Of a DNA stretch of 64,000 nucleotides, positions 51,503 to 64,000 are shown in pieces. The stretch covers positions 475,504 through 539,503 of the forward strand of contig JAAOMT010000563.1 in the NCBI GenBank assembly GCA_016748015.1, read 5' to 3'. Below the pieces are notes generated by a model. It was not told where the DNA came from and ran no database searches. It saw nothing but the letters and a program-made list of their open reading frames with translations. Source of the stretch: Geosiphon pyriformis uo1. Taxonomy: Eukaryota; Fungi; Glomeromycota. The position numbers and the translations under genes are program-made. Positions within the stretch are counted from its first letter, which is position 1. Each line of letters opens with the position of its first letter.

Positions 51503-52585
51503 ATTTTTTTTATTTTTATTTATTTTTTTATTTTTTATTTTTAATGAATAAAGTCCAAACACTGCCTAAAACTATATATCATTCAAATGATCTAAACTAG
51601 GTACAAATCATGCTTTTCCTACACGTGACCAGCCACTTAGACCAGTCAGAACAACACTATGCACTTATACTAACAGAAACTGCATCACTAATACCTGCAA
51701 AAAATAAACAAGGCTTGCGAAACCTAAAACTAATGCCAAATGCATCTGCAACACCCAACAACCTAACCATACCAGCCAAAAGCCAGGAAACAAAACTGGA
51801 AATGAAGACAGGAACAAAGCCATCATGTAGAATCAGCTTATTCTTCTTCATAATAGCCCAGTATCTTGCATGGACCAGCCAGATATCATCATGGAATGCA
51901 AGGCAAAACTTGTGAACAAAATCTACAACATTAAAAACCATCACCTTAGGATTCTTGTAAGCAGAAACAGATTCATGATACAAATAATTGAAAACAAAGC
52001 CCTTATACAGAGCCACACCAATTACCACATTGGAGCTGCAAGTCAACAACAATCAAAAAACACATGAAGAAGAATGACACAAACCAGAACATGCCACCCA
52101 GGCATCTGTATAAATGTCCATCAATTGAACATGACCAGCAGCATCAAAAAAACAGAAAAAAACATGGTTCGAAATCTCGATATCACTACAGAACAAACAA
52201 ACCACACTGGGGTAACACTTATCATACAAACGCTTACACACAGCAACAGAAAGATGATGGTGCAGGGCCTTCATGAAATATGTCTGAAAGTCAGCCATTT
52301 ATACACTAGTAAAACCAGCAGTCATGTGAGAATCTGGGTGTCACACCAAAAAAGACTTAGACCAATCAATTTCACCTCACAAACTATCCACCACAACTCC
52401 AGAACCAAAGCCAACCTCTTAATGTGCTCAATAAACAGACTGAAAAACATCACAGACAAAATGTCTCAAATTACCAGATAATGCAGTACCACCAGCCTTC
52501 AGAAAACGTTCACCAACTATATAGAACAGCTGCCAAGAAGAAGAGACAGCATCTATAGCAAGTGCATCAGCCCACATATTGCCTT
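51503..52585 (-). mobile_element. 5'-truncated LINE copy 3 (end of RNase H, CCHC finger, 3' UTR, A-rich tail)
   Basis: GNMWADALA, TYFMKALHH, CLFCSDIEISNHVFFC and a C-terminus homologous to 10212-10604; 3' UTR matches copy 1; T-rich run at 51503-51542. Confidence 0.92.
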
Positions 52586-54769
52586 TTATATTTATTAAAA
52601 AACTTTTATATATAATTAATAAAAAAATTAATAATTAAATTAATAATTAGATAAATAATTATATTTAAAAAAAATAATTAATTTTATAATATTATTAGTA
52701 GTAATTGGACTATATAAAATTTAATATAAAAAAAATTTTTAATTATAAAAAAATTTTTTTAGTTATAAATTAATTTAAATTTATATTTATTTTATATAAT
52801 AAATTATTATTAATAATTATAAATTTTAATATTAATTTATTATATTTTATCTAATTTTAATATATAAGTCTTATAATTTTTACAAAATTATTTAAAATTA
52901 TATTAATATTTCAAATTATTTATGTATTATATTTTAGTTTTTTTATATAACTATTTTTATTACGTTTTTGTTTTTTTGTTTTTACATATTATAATATAAT
53001 AAAACTTAATAAGATATTTATTCTTTATATAATTATTAAATTTAAAATAAATACTATAAAAAAAGTTTAATTAAAAATAAAAACATTTTAACTTTTAATT
53101 TTGTAAAAAATCTTATTAAAAATTGATTGTAAATAACAATAAAATATTTAATTAAAACATTAAATTAACATAGATTTACATATAAGTTATATTTAATATA
53201 AAATATTTTATTGTTAAATTTATTATATGCAAATAAATAAAGAATAAATAGACCATAATTTATTAAATTTATTAATTATTTGTTTAAAATATTTTTTATT
53301 TATTTATTGAAAAATTAGTTTTATATAAATTCAATTATTTTGTTGATAATTGACAAAATATTATAGATATTACTTTAAAATTTAATTAACATATTTAGTT
53401 TTAATTATTAATTTAAAAATAAAACTAATAATCCAAAACTATTTAATTTGAAAAACTATAGTTTAATAATATTTTAGAAAACTAATCGCACAATATTTTT
53501 AAAGATTAACATTTTTGTATATTATAGTTAACCAATTGATTATTATAAAAATCGAATCTTTTTTATTAATAAAAAACAAATCTGTTATAAAATTTATTTA
53601 TATAATAACTTTAATTTTTAAAACACTTAAATTTTTTTGTATTGTAGAAATAATAAAAAAAGTATATAATAAGTTAATTAAAATAACTTAAATTTATCAA
53701 GATGTTTTTTATTAAAATATTAATAATTTTTTAAGTAGATATTTATTTATTATTTTAAAAAAATTAATTAGCTTAATTTTGTGTTTTTTTAATTAATTAT
53801 CAAATTATATAACTATAACCAAAAAACTTAAAAATAACAACATAAAATGAACTTTTTATAATATTAAAAATTAATTAATAAGTTTTTAATAATATATAAA
53901 ATAATATTTATTTATAATTAATATATTTTGTTAATTTGTTAATTTTATTAATAAAACAAGAAATAATATTAAAATTAATTAAAATTATTACAATTACATT
54001 AAAATTTGATTTAAATACTTAAATCTTTACAAAATAATTAAAATCCTAATAAAAACTTTTGTTTTTATTAGAATTAAAACCAAAACAAAACTGATTAATC
54101 AACTTTTTTTTTCAATTTACATTAATAAAATTTTTAAATAACAAAAAACTATGTTTAATTAAAAGAACAAATTAAATAAAACCAATTTTTGTAAAATAAA
54201 ACACCAATAATTCTTACTTAATTTATATTAATTAAATAGTATAAAAAATAAAATTAAATAATAAGTTAAATTTAATTAATAAACCTTAAATCTTTGAATA
54301 ATTACTATTATATTTTTTAGACAAATTAATTTTAAATTTAAAAGTTAAAATTAAAATGAAATAGCTTAATTAACTTGTAATTAAGCAAAAAAATTTTAAA
54401 TAAGTATTTTTTAGCTAAATTATCTGAAAAGCTTAAACATTTAAATAAGATTAATTTATTTTATAAAAATAATAAAAATATATAAATATAATACGGTAAA
54501 ACAAATAAATAATTAATTAATTCAAAAAGTATTTAATAATTAATGTTTAATCTACTTAAAAACCAAAAATTAGTTTAATTTTTTATATATATTTAAATAT
54601 ATTTTTTAAATCTTTTTATTAATTAACCAAATTAGTAAGTTAATTAAATATTCTAAAATATCTAATAAATTTTTTTAGTATATTATAGTTTATAAGAAAT
54701 AACATATAGCTTTTTTCACAATAAATCTATATTTAATTATATTATAATTATATTATAAATAAATATTCT

Positions 54770-55200
54770 ATCAAAAATTTATATTAAATAAGTTAAATAA
54801 AAATATTAATTTAAGTTTTTACAATTGATGTTTTTAAAAAATGAGAAATTTTAATATTTAAAACTTTGTGTTAAATATTTTGTTAAATAATAAATTAAAA
54901 ACTTATTTTATTCAATATAGAAATTTTTATAATATAAATAATATATAATTTTTTTACTATAAGCTTATATTTTATTTTTTAAAACAAAATAAATAGAAAA
55001 AAAGCTGGTTTTTATTGTAAAAAAGTGACAATTTATTTTTTTTAATTATGTTACAAATAAACACTTTATTAAAAATTTATATTAAATAAAGTAAATTAAA
55101 TTATTTTTTAGATTTAAGTTTTTATAATTGTTATTTAAAAAATAAAAATTTAAATATAAAAAACTTTGTGCTGAATATCCTGTTGACTAATAAATTAAAT
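54770..55200 (+). repeat. Degenerate ~130-bp direct repeat (54770-54900 vs 55070-55200)
   Basis: Shared AAAAATTTATATTAAATAA...ATTTAAGTTTTTA.AATTG...AAAACTTTGTG.T.AATAT..TGTT.A.TAATAAATTAAA. Confidence 0.6.
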
Positions 55201-58200
55201 TAATTCAAAAAACTGGTTATATTAATAAAATAATCTAATTCCAAAGCAATAAAATTAAGAGTTGTATTTTAGAAATCATTTTAGACTTAAACATTTTATA
55301 AACTTAACAGCTTTTTTATATTGTATTATCTAAATAATAATAATAATAAATCTAAGAAATTTTTGTTAAAAAATAACTTTAAAAAAAAAGTAATATCTTG
55401 TACATATAAAAAAGAAAGATTATCTATAACTACAAGAAGAATTTCAGAGAATTTCCAATCTTTAACTTTTTTAGCTTTGTTTATAAATTCTTATATAATT
55501 AAAAATAGTTATAAAGAAATTACAAAAAGAAAATATATTAATATTTATATTATTTAGCTTAAATTAAACAAACACATCTGAATCATTATTGATTCATATA
55601 TAATTTGAAACAAATTATAAAGTAAATTGCTTACCTTAAAAGTAACAATAATACTAATAACCTTAGATTACATCTGATTATTTTTAATAATAAAAAATAT
55701 TTGTTATGATTTAATTTAATCTTTAATTAAAAGTTCAAAATATATGCACAAATAAGTTGCTAAAAAAATTTGGTAAAAACAAATTTTAACTAATAAAAAC
55801 GTCCAAGAAAGAAAATATATTTGTTAATTATTATTAAATAGTATTTGTGTTAAAAATTGTTTTAAGTGATTAAAATTAATAATTATTTAAGAAGAAACAA
55901 TAGTAATTAAACATATATTGTTGATAACCATTTTGAAGATCAAATTTTTTGAAAATTAAGCAATAAAAAAGATGCTAAAACACTTAAAATTTAATTAGTT
56001 TTTAATAAAGTAAACTGATTCAAATGGCTAAATTAGCTTAAAACTCACAAGTATTCAACCAAAAAAGATTAAAAACATGTTATTTAGACAAAAATTTTAT
56101 TTAAACAATAATTTATATAGAAAATTTTGTGTATAGTATTATAAAAGTGGACTTTACAACTCTGATTATATATAAGAAATCATTAAAAATAGATGCAAAT
56201 AGGCATATATTCCTTACTTCACATATTATAGGTAAAGCATATAGAAACCAATAATTATGATCACCAAAAAAACAATATTCCAAAAAATAATATCACAATT
56301 TATAAGTATAAGCTTATAAAAAAACTCCAAATTAATTTTGGAATTGTAATATTAAAATAAATTATTACAGTTTCTACTTAATAAAATACTACTAAATTTC
56401 ATAAATGTGCTTTTTTTTCAACTTGTATTTTATATTTATCTCAATAAAAATGGCCCTAGAAATCAATTTTTTGTGATTATGTATTATTTATTAAGCATAT
56501 AATTGAGTATTAAGTTATAATTACATATCAGAAAATTAAATTAAATAATATTTATAGTACAACTGAAATAAATCATATAATAATTATCCAATATATTATT
56601 AATAAAACTAGCATGATCAGTCTTAATTAAATAATTGTTATATATATATTACTTTTACCAATTATCAATAATTGCTTATTTTTCTTTCTATGCTTTTTTT
56701 TCTTGTAAAAGTAATACTATTCATTTTAAGCAAGATATTGGCTCTAGAAATAAAATTCTAACAGTTTGTTGAATAGAGTTGTTTTTGTACCTTTCTGTTT
56801 ATAGTAATATATTAAGTACATTTTTTTTCATTTCACATTTTTTTTATTATTAAAGTTATTGTATATTTTGAATTCTTATAAAGAGAAATTAGACAAAAAA
56901 TAGACATATCAAGTAGTAAGTAAAATAAATCAACTCTCTCAAAGTAGAAAAAGTTACAACAACATATCAAAAAAATGAAGGTTGAGATTTTTTACAATCT
57001 AATTAAAATAAGTTAAATTATATAGTTAATATTTTTTAGCAGCTTTGAAATATATTGTATATATTATTTAACAGTTAAACTTAAAGTATAAGAGCAATTA
57101 TTTGTCTTTTGAAACAAAGTTTAAAGACTGATTGAATCTTTTTTTGCAAAGTTTTACTTTATATATTTTATCTTCAAGAATAAGTGACCAAATTATTATT
57201 GTCTTTTAGTAAAAAAAAAATCCAATATGCTTTTTAAAACCTCCAAGCTATCTATAAAATAAGAAATTTTTTGTGTGTATTCTTTTTATTTTTTTTAAAA
57301 TTTATATTCTTTAAAATATATTATCTCTTTAATATCTACATATTTTTATATTTATCATATTTTTTTCTTAGCACAAAACACAAGTGGAGACTTGCAAACT
57401 TATAAAAAAAAATCTTTAATTATATTTAGTTATATTGGATTTATAAGAACTTTAAATCTAATAATCTTATTAAAAAACTTTTAAAAAATAAATTTTAAGG
57501 ACATATTATTAAAATAAATACAACTAATTTAATTTCCAATAACAATAAAGAATTCTTAGCATTTACTTAATATTTAAAATTGTTGAAATATAAAATTTTT
57601 TATGCTAAAATTATGAGAAAAGTTTGAACAATAGACAAGTTTTGAAAAAATTAAAAATTTTGATATTATTGCTATTACCTATAAAAAAAAACAAAACACA
57701 TATACAAACTATATATAAAAATCCAAAAAAGTCCTATAAAACTTTATAATATCCTGAATATATTCTTATATTATCCAAATAATAAACTTTTTATAGTAAA
57801 TAAAACAACTAAAAAGATTGCAAGTGATATTTATTTAAATAGTTACAAGTATGTTTCTAAACCTAAGTGTTTTAAAAATGTAATTGGTAAAATGATAATA
57901 GATTTTTTTAATTTCAATAATCACCTGACCATAAAAACTATACAAGTAATAGTAAATCAATATTTTAAACAAACTTTAATAAGTTTTTTCATTAATCTAA
58001 CCAATTCATCAAAAATTTAATAAAATATTTTAATTGTTTTATTAATAATAATAATATACTATATGTCATTTTAAATTCTGCTTTTACACATTTTCAGAAG
58101 CATTATAAGTGTGTTCAGGATTTGATCTAAGAACTTCAGCCACTCTTTAATGCAGTAAATAATTATTTTAACAATACATATTTAGCATTATATATTAAAA

Positions 58201-58899
58201 TAAAAAAACTCAACTTAGAAGATCAGTCTCAGACTCAGATAAAAATAAAAATAAAAATAATAAACTACTAAGATTAATTTTTTTTTTACTTTATATCAAA
58301 TGTATTTATGTCAAAAAAATTTTGGATTTGTTATTGTGTTTATAATTTTTTGACAAACTTCAAGTTTCACTATCTTTAGTAATTAGTGGAAAAAAATCTG
58401 AATTGTTTTATTTAACATTTGAAATCTAAGACTAGATATTACTTTATTAATAAAACTATATACAAGTATGTTATTATTTTAAGACTCATAATTGTTATCT
58501 GATATAATTTGTTGCTTAATCAAAATTACAAGTACTATTTCAATTTTTTTATAAGACTCAATGTTGTTGTTAGCTTTAGTCATTATATAAGTTAGATTAT
58601 TATTTATTTATTTATATTAAAAAGATTATTAAAAATATTTGAATATTTGTAAAAACATACTAATTATGAAAATAAGAAGTTATCTTGAAATAAGAAAACT
58701 AAATACATTGAAAAGTTTTTCTAATTAAGATAAATAAAGGAAGTAAGTAATTATTCATCTCAACTAAAGTCAAATTATTTTAGATTATAATATACTTTGT
58801 GATATTATAGCTTAATATTTTTAATATACTTTAGAACAACATATTTTATATTTAGTAGCAAATTAACTTACTTACCAGAATATGATTTTTTTCTAATTA

Positions 58900-59900
58900 T
58901 AAAGTAAATAATATTGTATAATACTTACTTATTTCGAGATCAAAATTTAATATGTCTAATGTTTTTTTGCTAACATTTATACAATGTTTTAATCTGAGAT
59001 ATTTTAGATCAGATAAATAGTGTGTAATATTTTTGATAGTTATGTTAGTGAAAAGTTTACAATATCCCAATTTGAAATTTTAAATATAAGAACACTTTTT
59101 GGCTATTTTAAAAATAGATGAATTAGTAATAGATTCTGATCCATAAAGATTAAAACATTTTATATTGTAGTATAAATTTGCTATTGTTTCTACTATAGTA
59201 TCAGTAATATAGCAAAATTTCAGGCTAAAATAACAAATATTTGAACATAATTATATAACAATACATATTGTTTTATTGTTAAGAAATTCCAGCAATTTAA
59301 ATACAAGGTGTTCTAAATTATGATATTGTGTAATTTGTTTGATGTCTATATCAGTTACTTTATTATAATTACTAAGATTTAATTTTTTCAAATCTGAGTA
59401 TAAATCTACAAAAACAAAGATTATGGCATCAATAAGCATCCTATAGTTATTAAAATTTAAAGATTGAATATTGGAATTGAATTGTGTAATTTTACATATA
59501 GATTTATTAATAATATAATTGTTTTTATAAGTTTAATAATAAAAAAATTAGTTAATTCTTTATTGTCAAAAATATTAAGATAAATTAAATTAAAATATAA
59601 CTGAAAAATTTTGGTTAATGATATATTATTAAACTCACAACTTTGTTTAAAATTAAGATAATAATTTTTTTGATTACCTTATTTGAGAGTTCAAAGTAGT
59701 ATATAAGTTTAAGATATTGTATACATAAAACATAAAACAATCTTGTGTTTATATCAAACAGTCTAATAAATTTTTTCAATTATATTTTATATTTTATGCC
59801 AAAAACAGTCTTATGTCCTATTAATTTAATATGATATCATAAAATTGGACTAAAACACATAGACTAAAGCCTAAAAATAAATAAAGTGGAATATAGTAAT
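58900..59900 (-). pseudogene. Leucine-rich-repeat (F-box/LRR, AMN1-like) pseudogene
   Basis: LKKLNLSNYNKVTDIDIKQITQYHNLEHL and adjacent ITDTIVETIANL..IKCFNLYGSESITNSSILKIAKKCS repeats of the cysteine-containing LRR type. Confidence 0.6.
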
Positions 59901-62172
59901 TTGTTTTTGGCTAAGAAATTAAAAAATTTTTTTAGTTATTTAGGCTATAATAAATACAGTATATAATAAAGTAATATCTTTAATTTAAAGAGACTTAGCT
60001 TTGCAATCCCAAAATTTCTTATAATTTTTGTTCTAATACATATGTTAATAAAATAAAATCTATGCTTTATAGTTATGTGTTTAATTACATATATTTTATA
60101 AACAATAATTGTTTTGACTAAAGTCAAGTTTTTTGCATGTGTTATATATGTTAATTTTTTTACTTTATGAAATTAAAGATAAATCAGTGACTTGTAAAAT
60201 CTTTGATTTTTTCTCCTTATACTAATTTATTTTTGTATATATTTCTTTAAGTAAATAAAATACTGCTAAACTCAAGTTTCTGTAAAACATTCCTAATCAA
60301 ATTTTATATACTACAGATATTGTAAATAGTGTTAATTCAAACTTGCCAATTATAAGCTAGCTAGTAGATTTTGCTAATTGTTTTAACTCATGACTTATGT
60401 ATTTTTTTTGTAAAATTTTTTTTCTTAAATCTACTATTCTTATATTTGGATAAAACAGAGCAAAACATTTTAAAATAACAGTATATTTATATTATGTTTA
60501 TTTATTGCTCTCTATTCAAAAACTTTTACAACTAAAAATATGTTAACTATTGTATTCAACAAAATTTTTGATATTTTTTATATATTATGATGATAATACA
60601 GATATTACTTAACAAAATCAAAATAAATATTTGAGCTTACAAATACAAGTTATAACTTTTGAACATAATAAAAAATGTTTTAACTCTGTAAAGTAATATT
60701 TAGATAAGTTAGAGTCTTTATGGCAGCCAAACAAGAATAATAACTTTAAAATATTTTTGATTATATATGTAAATAGAAAGAAATAATATATATATTATCA
60801 AGTTATACTAATAAAATATTATTTTGTATCAGTTTAATGTGTCTATAAAATTATTTGTAGTCTATATAATATTAAAGTATTGAAAATAATATGAGAAATT
60901 ACTTTTTGTAACAATAATATATATAAATTTAAATTAATATATATATATATATAAAGAGTAAACAAATTTTTTTTAATAATAATATAAAAAAAAATAGAAG
61001 ATATTTACAAAAAAGACTTTTGAATAATTTTTTTCTCTTTTTATAAAACTCTATGAAAACATAAAAAATATTCTCATTACAAATTTAATCTGAAAAAATC
61101 TTTTAGCTAATCGAATTATAAGTAATAATTTTATTATTGTAGAAAAGTTGTTACCTAAACAGTATCAAAAGTTTATAATAAGAATAACTTTATTTTTCTT
61201 TGTTGTAATTAACATTTTAATACAATTAATTTTTCAATAAAAATTAGTACATAATATAATTGTTATATTCTTAAACTTAATCCAAAATAAATACTATAAA
61301 TTTGTATTAGGGTTTTTAAAAAAGTATATTGAAAATTTATGTATAAAACTTGTGTATAATAAGAAATAGAAAAAGTTGAATAAAACTTTTATGGAAATTA
61401 TAAATAATATTTTTAATATATTATAAGTAGTTTTCAAAATAAATAAAATTATAGGATCCTTAAATTGATAATTTTATATTATTAATTATCAAAAATAATA
61501 TTTGGATAAATTCAGCATTTAGGCCAGAACTTATGAAAACACAAAGTAAAAAAATATACATAACAAATATAATGATTTTTTTGGTTTAAACATTATTAAA
61601 AAAACTTTTATATAGGCAATTTGCATTTATAAGCATGTAAGTTGTTTTATTATAAGTAATAATATATAGTAGCTTACAAAATTATGAAATTATTTAATAT
61701 TCAAACTGATAAGCTAATATTTTAATAATAAAAAATAATTAAAAATTAAAAACTAATTTAATTTCTTTTGTTTATATTTTTGGTATTAAAAATTAAATTA
61801 TTAATAAAAATCTTTTGTAAATAAAATTATAAAATATATCAAATATATTGTATTATATTAATATTTAAATAAATCTTATTTTTTATATTAAATATAAAAT
61901 TTTAAAATTTATTTTATTTAGTTATATATATAATAATTTAAAATAAAAAATTTATATAGTTTTTATTATATAAAATATATACTGTATTAAATATCAAAAA
62001 ATATATTATTTTCAATATTTTCAATTTATTTTTTAAATAATTATATATTTNNNNNNNNNNNNNNNNNNNNNNNNNNNNNNNNNNNNNNNNNNNNNNNNNN
62101 NNNNNNNNNNNNNNNNNNNNNNNNNNNNNNNNNNNNNNNNNNNNNNNNNNNNNNNNNNNNNNNNNNNNNNNN

Positions 62173-64000
62173 AAAAATGATCTTGTAAAAACCTTTCATT
62201 AATAGATAATCTTTGTATTACTAGTGCATTAATCACCAGCTGTATGTTGTAATCTGTGATTGAGATTGCGGGACCGACGGTCCTTAAAGTTAGGAACCGA
62301 CTGGATCGTCCTACTAAGGATCATTCGAAATTCAATCCTTAAGGGCCGATTAACATCCTTATTGGTGAGTTTTTTTATAATCATTGCATCTAAATCGTTT
62401 GCAAGTGAATCTAATTGGATAGCCTAATAACCAGCGTTCCTAGATAGTTTAAGGGCCAATGCGTCTTTTTTCTTCATGGTCAGTGTGTCTAATCGGATGG
62501 AATTTGCCTTCCCTCACCTAATTTGATGGTATGCCTTCCTTCCTTCCCTCATAGCCGGTGTGCCTAATCGGATGGTTTTATCTTTCCTGGTGGCTGGTGT
62601 CCCTGACGAACAAAACAAAAAGAGGCAGAGAAGATCCAAGAAAACATTAGGATCTATTAAGCATAGAAAAACTGCGTATTTTTAGAATAAATATCAGTCC
62701 AGTGTTTTCTTTGAGTCATCTAAGGTGTGCTTCTCACTTGCATTATAAGGAGGGCCTGCGACTTCCATGTGCCAAATATCTAATTCATCATAGGATCTTG
62801 TTGCCTTAATATCCACTCGCACAATCCCAGAATTGGTTGATGACTTTATTATTTTTGCAGCGCGAGCTTGCGATTCGATCCAATCGAATTCAAGGTTAGG
62901 AAAAGTTCTTTCATAATATTTAAATAAAGAGGATACCTGATATACTATGTGTTTTCGTTCCCCTATTTTTCTGCTCATTGTAGGATCGACATCTATAAGG
63001 TGGTAACTAAATGAAAGCAATTATTGGTATCTTCTTTGATATTAATATACAAATAGATATTAATGTTTACATACAAGTCAGTGAGAACTTTTTCACAATA
63101 AAGTCTAAAACGCTCATCTCCATCCCCTGACAATTTAGCTTGGACTTTAGAATTGCTTTCATTTAGTTACCACCTTATAGATGTCGATCCTACAATGAGC
63201 AGAAAAATAGGGGAACGAAAACACATAGTATATCAGGTATCCTCTTTATTTAAATATTATGAAAGAACTTTTCCTAACCTTGAATTCGATTGGATCGAAT
63301 CGCAAGCTCGCGCTGCAAAAATAATAAAGTCATCAACCAATTCTGGGATTGTGCGAGTGGATATTAAGGCAACAAGATCCTATGATGAATTAGATATTTG
63401 GCACATGGAAGTCGCAGGCCCTCCTTATAATGCAAGTGAGAAGCACACCTTAGATGACTCAAAGAAAACACTGGACTGATATTTATTCTAAAAATACGCA
63501 GTTTTTCTATGCTTAATAGATCCTAATGTTTTCTTGGATCTTCTCTGCCTCTTTTTGTTTTGTTCGTCAGGGACACCAGCCACCAGGAAAGATAAAACCA
63601 TCCGATTAGGCACACCGGCTATGAGGGAAGGAAGGAAGGCATACCATCAAATTAGGTGAGGGAAGGCAAATTCCATCCGATTAGACACACTGACCATGAA
63701 GAAAAAAGACGCATTGGCCCTTAAACTATCTAGGAACGCTGGTTATTAGGCTATCCAATTAGATTCACTTGCAAACGATTTAGATGCAATGATTATAAAA
63801 AAACTCACCAATAAGGATGTTAATCGGCCCTTAAGGATTGAATTTCGAATGATCCTTAGTAGGACGATCCAGTCGGTTCCTAACTTTAAGGACCGTCGGT
63901 CCCGCAATCTCAATCACAGATTACAACATACAGCTGGTGATTAATGCACTAGTAATACAAAGATTATCTATTAATGAAAGGTTTTTACAAGATCATTTTT
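62173..64000. repeat. Inverted repeat: arms 62173-63022 and 63151-64000 (850 bp each), 128-bp spacer
   Basis: The arms are reverse complements (identical 108-aa ORFs on opposite strands; coordinates sum to 126173). The left arm begins at an N-gap and the right ends at the window end. Confidence 0.95.
63153..63479 (+). pseudogene. Fragment of a PD-(D/E)xK/REase-like domain protein (Crinkler-C-terminal type); mirrored at 62694-63020
   Basis: GERKHI..VSSLFKY..FDWIES..VRVDIKA..IWHMEVAGPP..EKHTLDDSKK has E...D...E nuclease-like spacing. The frame extends 5' into the spacer to a TAA at 63099, and there is no ATG start. Confidence 0.5.

Noticed and set aside
52600-58800. Further ghost transposons or genes
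   Set aside because: Some coding-like texture, but no diagnostic motif could be read by eye; left unannotated.
60200-60800. Possible MULE/other transposase remnant on the minus strand
   Set aside because: Only a vague resemblance; catalytic residues not identifiable.
62033-62236. ORF spanning the N-gap
   Set aside because: Artefact of translating Ns.

Overview
Eukaryotic, very AT-rich fungal DNA. The gene families present (BTB/POZ-TLDc, TKL-type kinases, Sel1-kinase, F-box/LRR) point to a Glomeromycotina fungus; Geosiphon/Archaeosporales is a guess. Bases 1-19 kb are decayed retrotransposons: the 5' half of a Ty3/Gypsy element (LTR, PBS, gag, protease) and two tandem, divergent LINEs (ORF1 RRM+CCHC; ORF2 APE-RT-RNase H-CCHC). 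The second LINE contains a 1.4-kb assembly duplication across an N-gap. Bases 19-62 kb are an AT desert with two apparently intact intron-containing genes (an OTU deubiquitinase with an N-terminal hydrophobic segment; an HSP20 with a GC-AG intron) and a secreted/GPI-type gene with one in-frame stop. The desert also holds five BTB-TLDc pseudogene copies or fragments, kinase, Sel1 and LRR pseudogenes, a 5'-truncated LINE, and ghost elements readable only after reversing C>T/G>A changes: Gypsy gag and RT, a tyrosine recombinase and probably a hAT transposase. The window ends in an 850-bp-arm palindrome, most likely an amplification or assembly fold-back. The strongest signals are the RIP-like, repeat-biased C:G>T:A erosion, the ghost tyrosine recombinase, the possibly membrane-anchored OTU and the conserved ATGA stop/start coupling in the LINEs. 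All alignments and translations were done by eye; no database searches were run.
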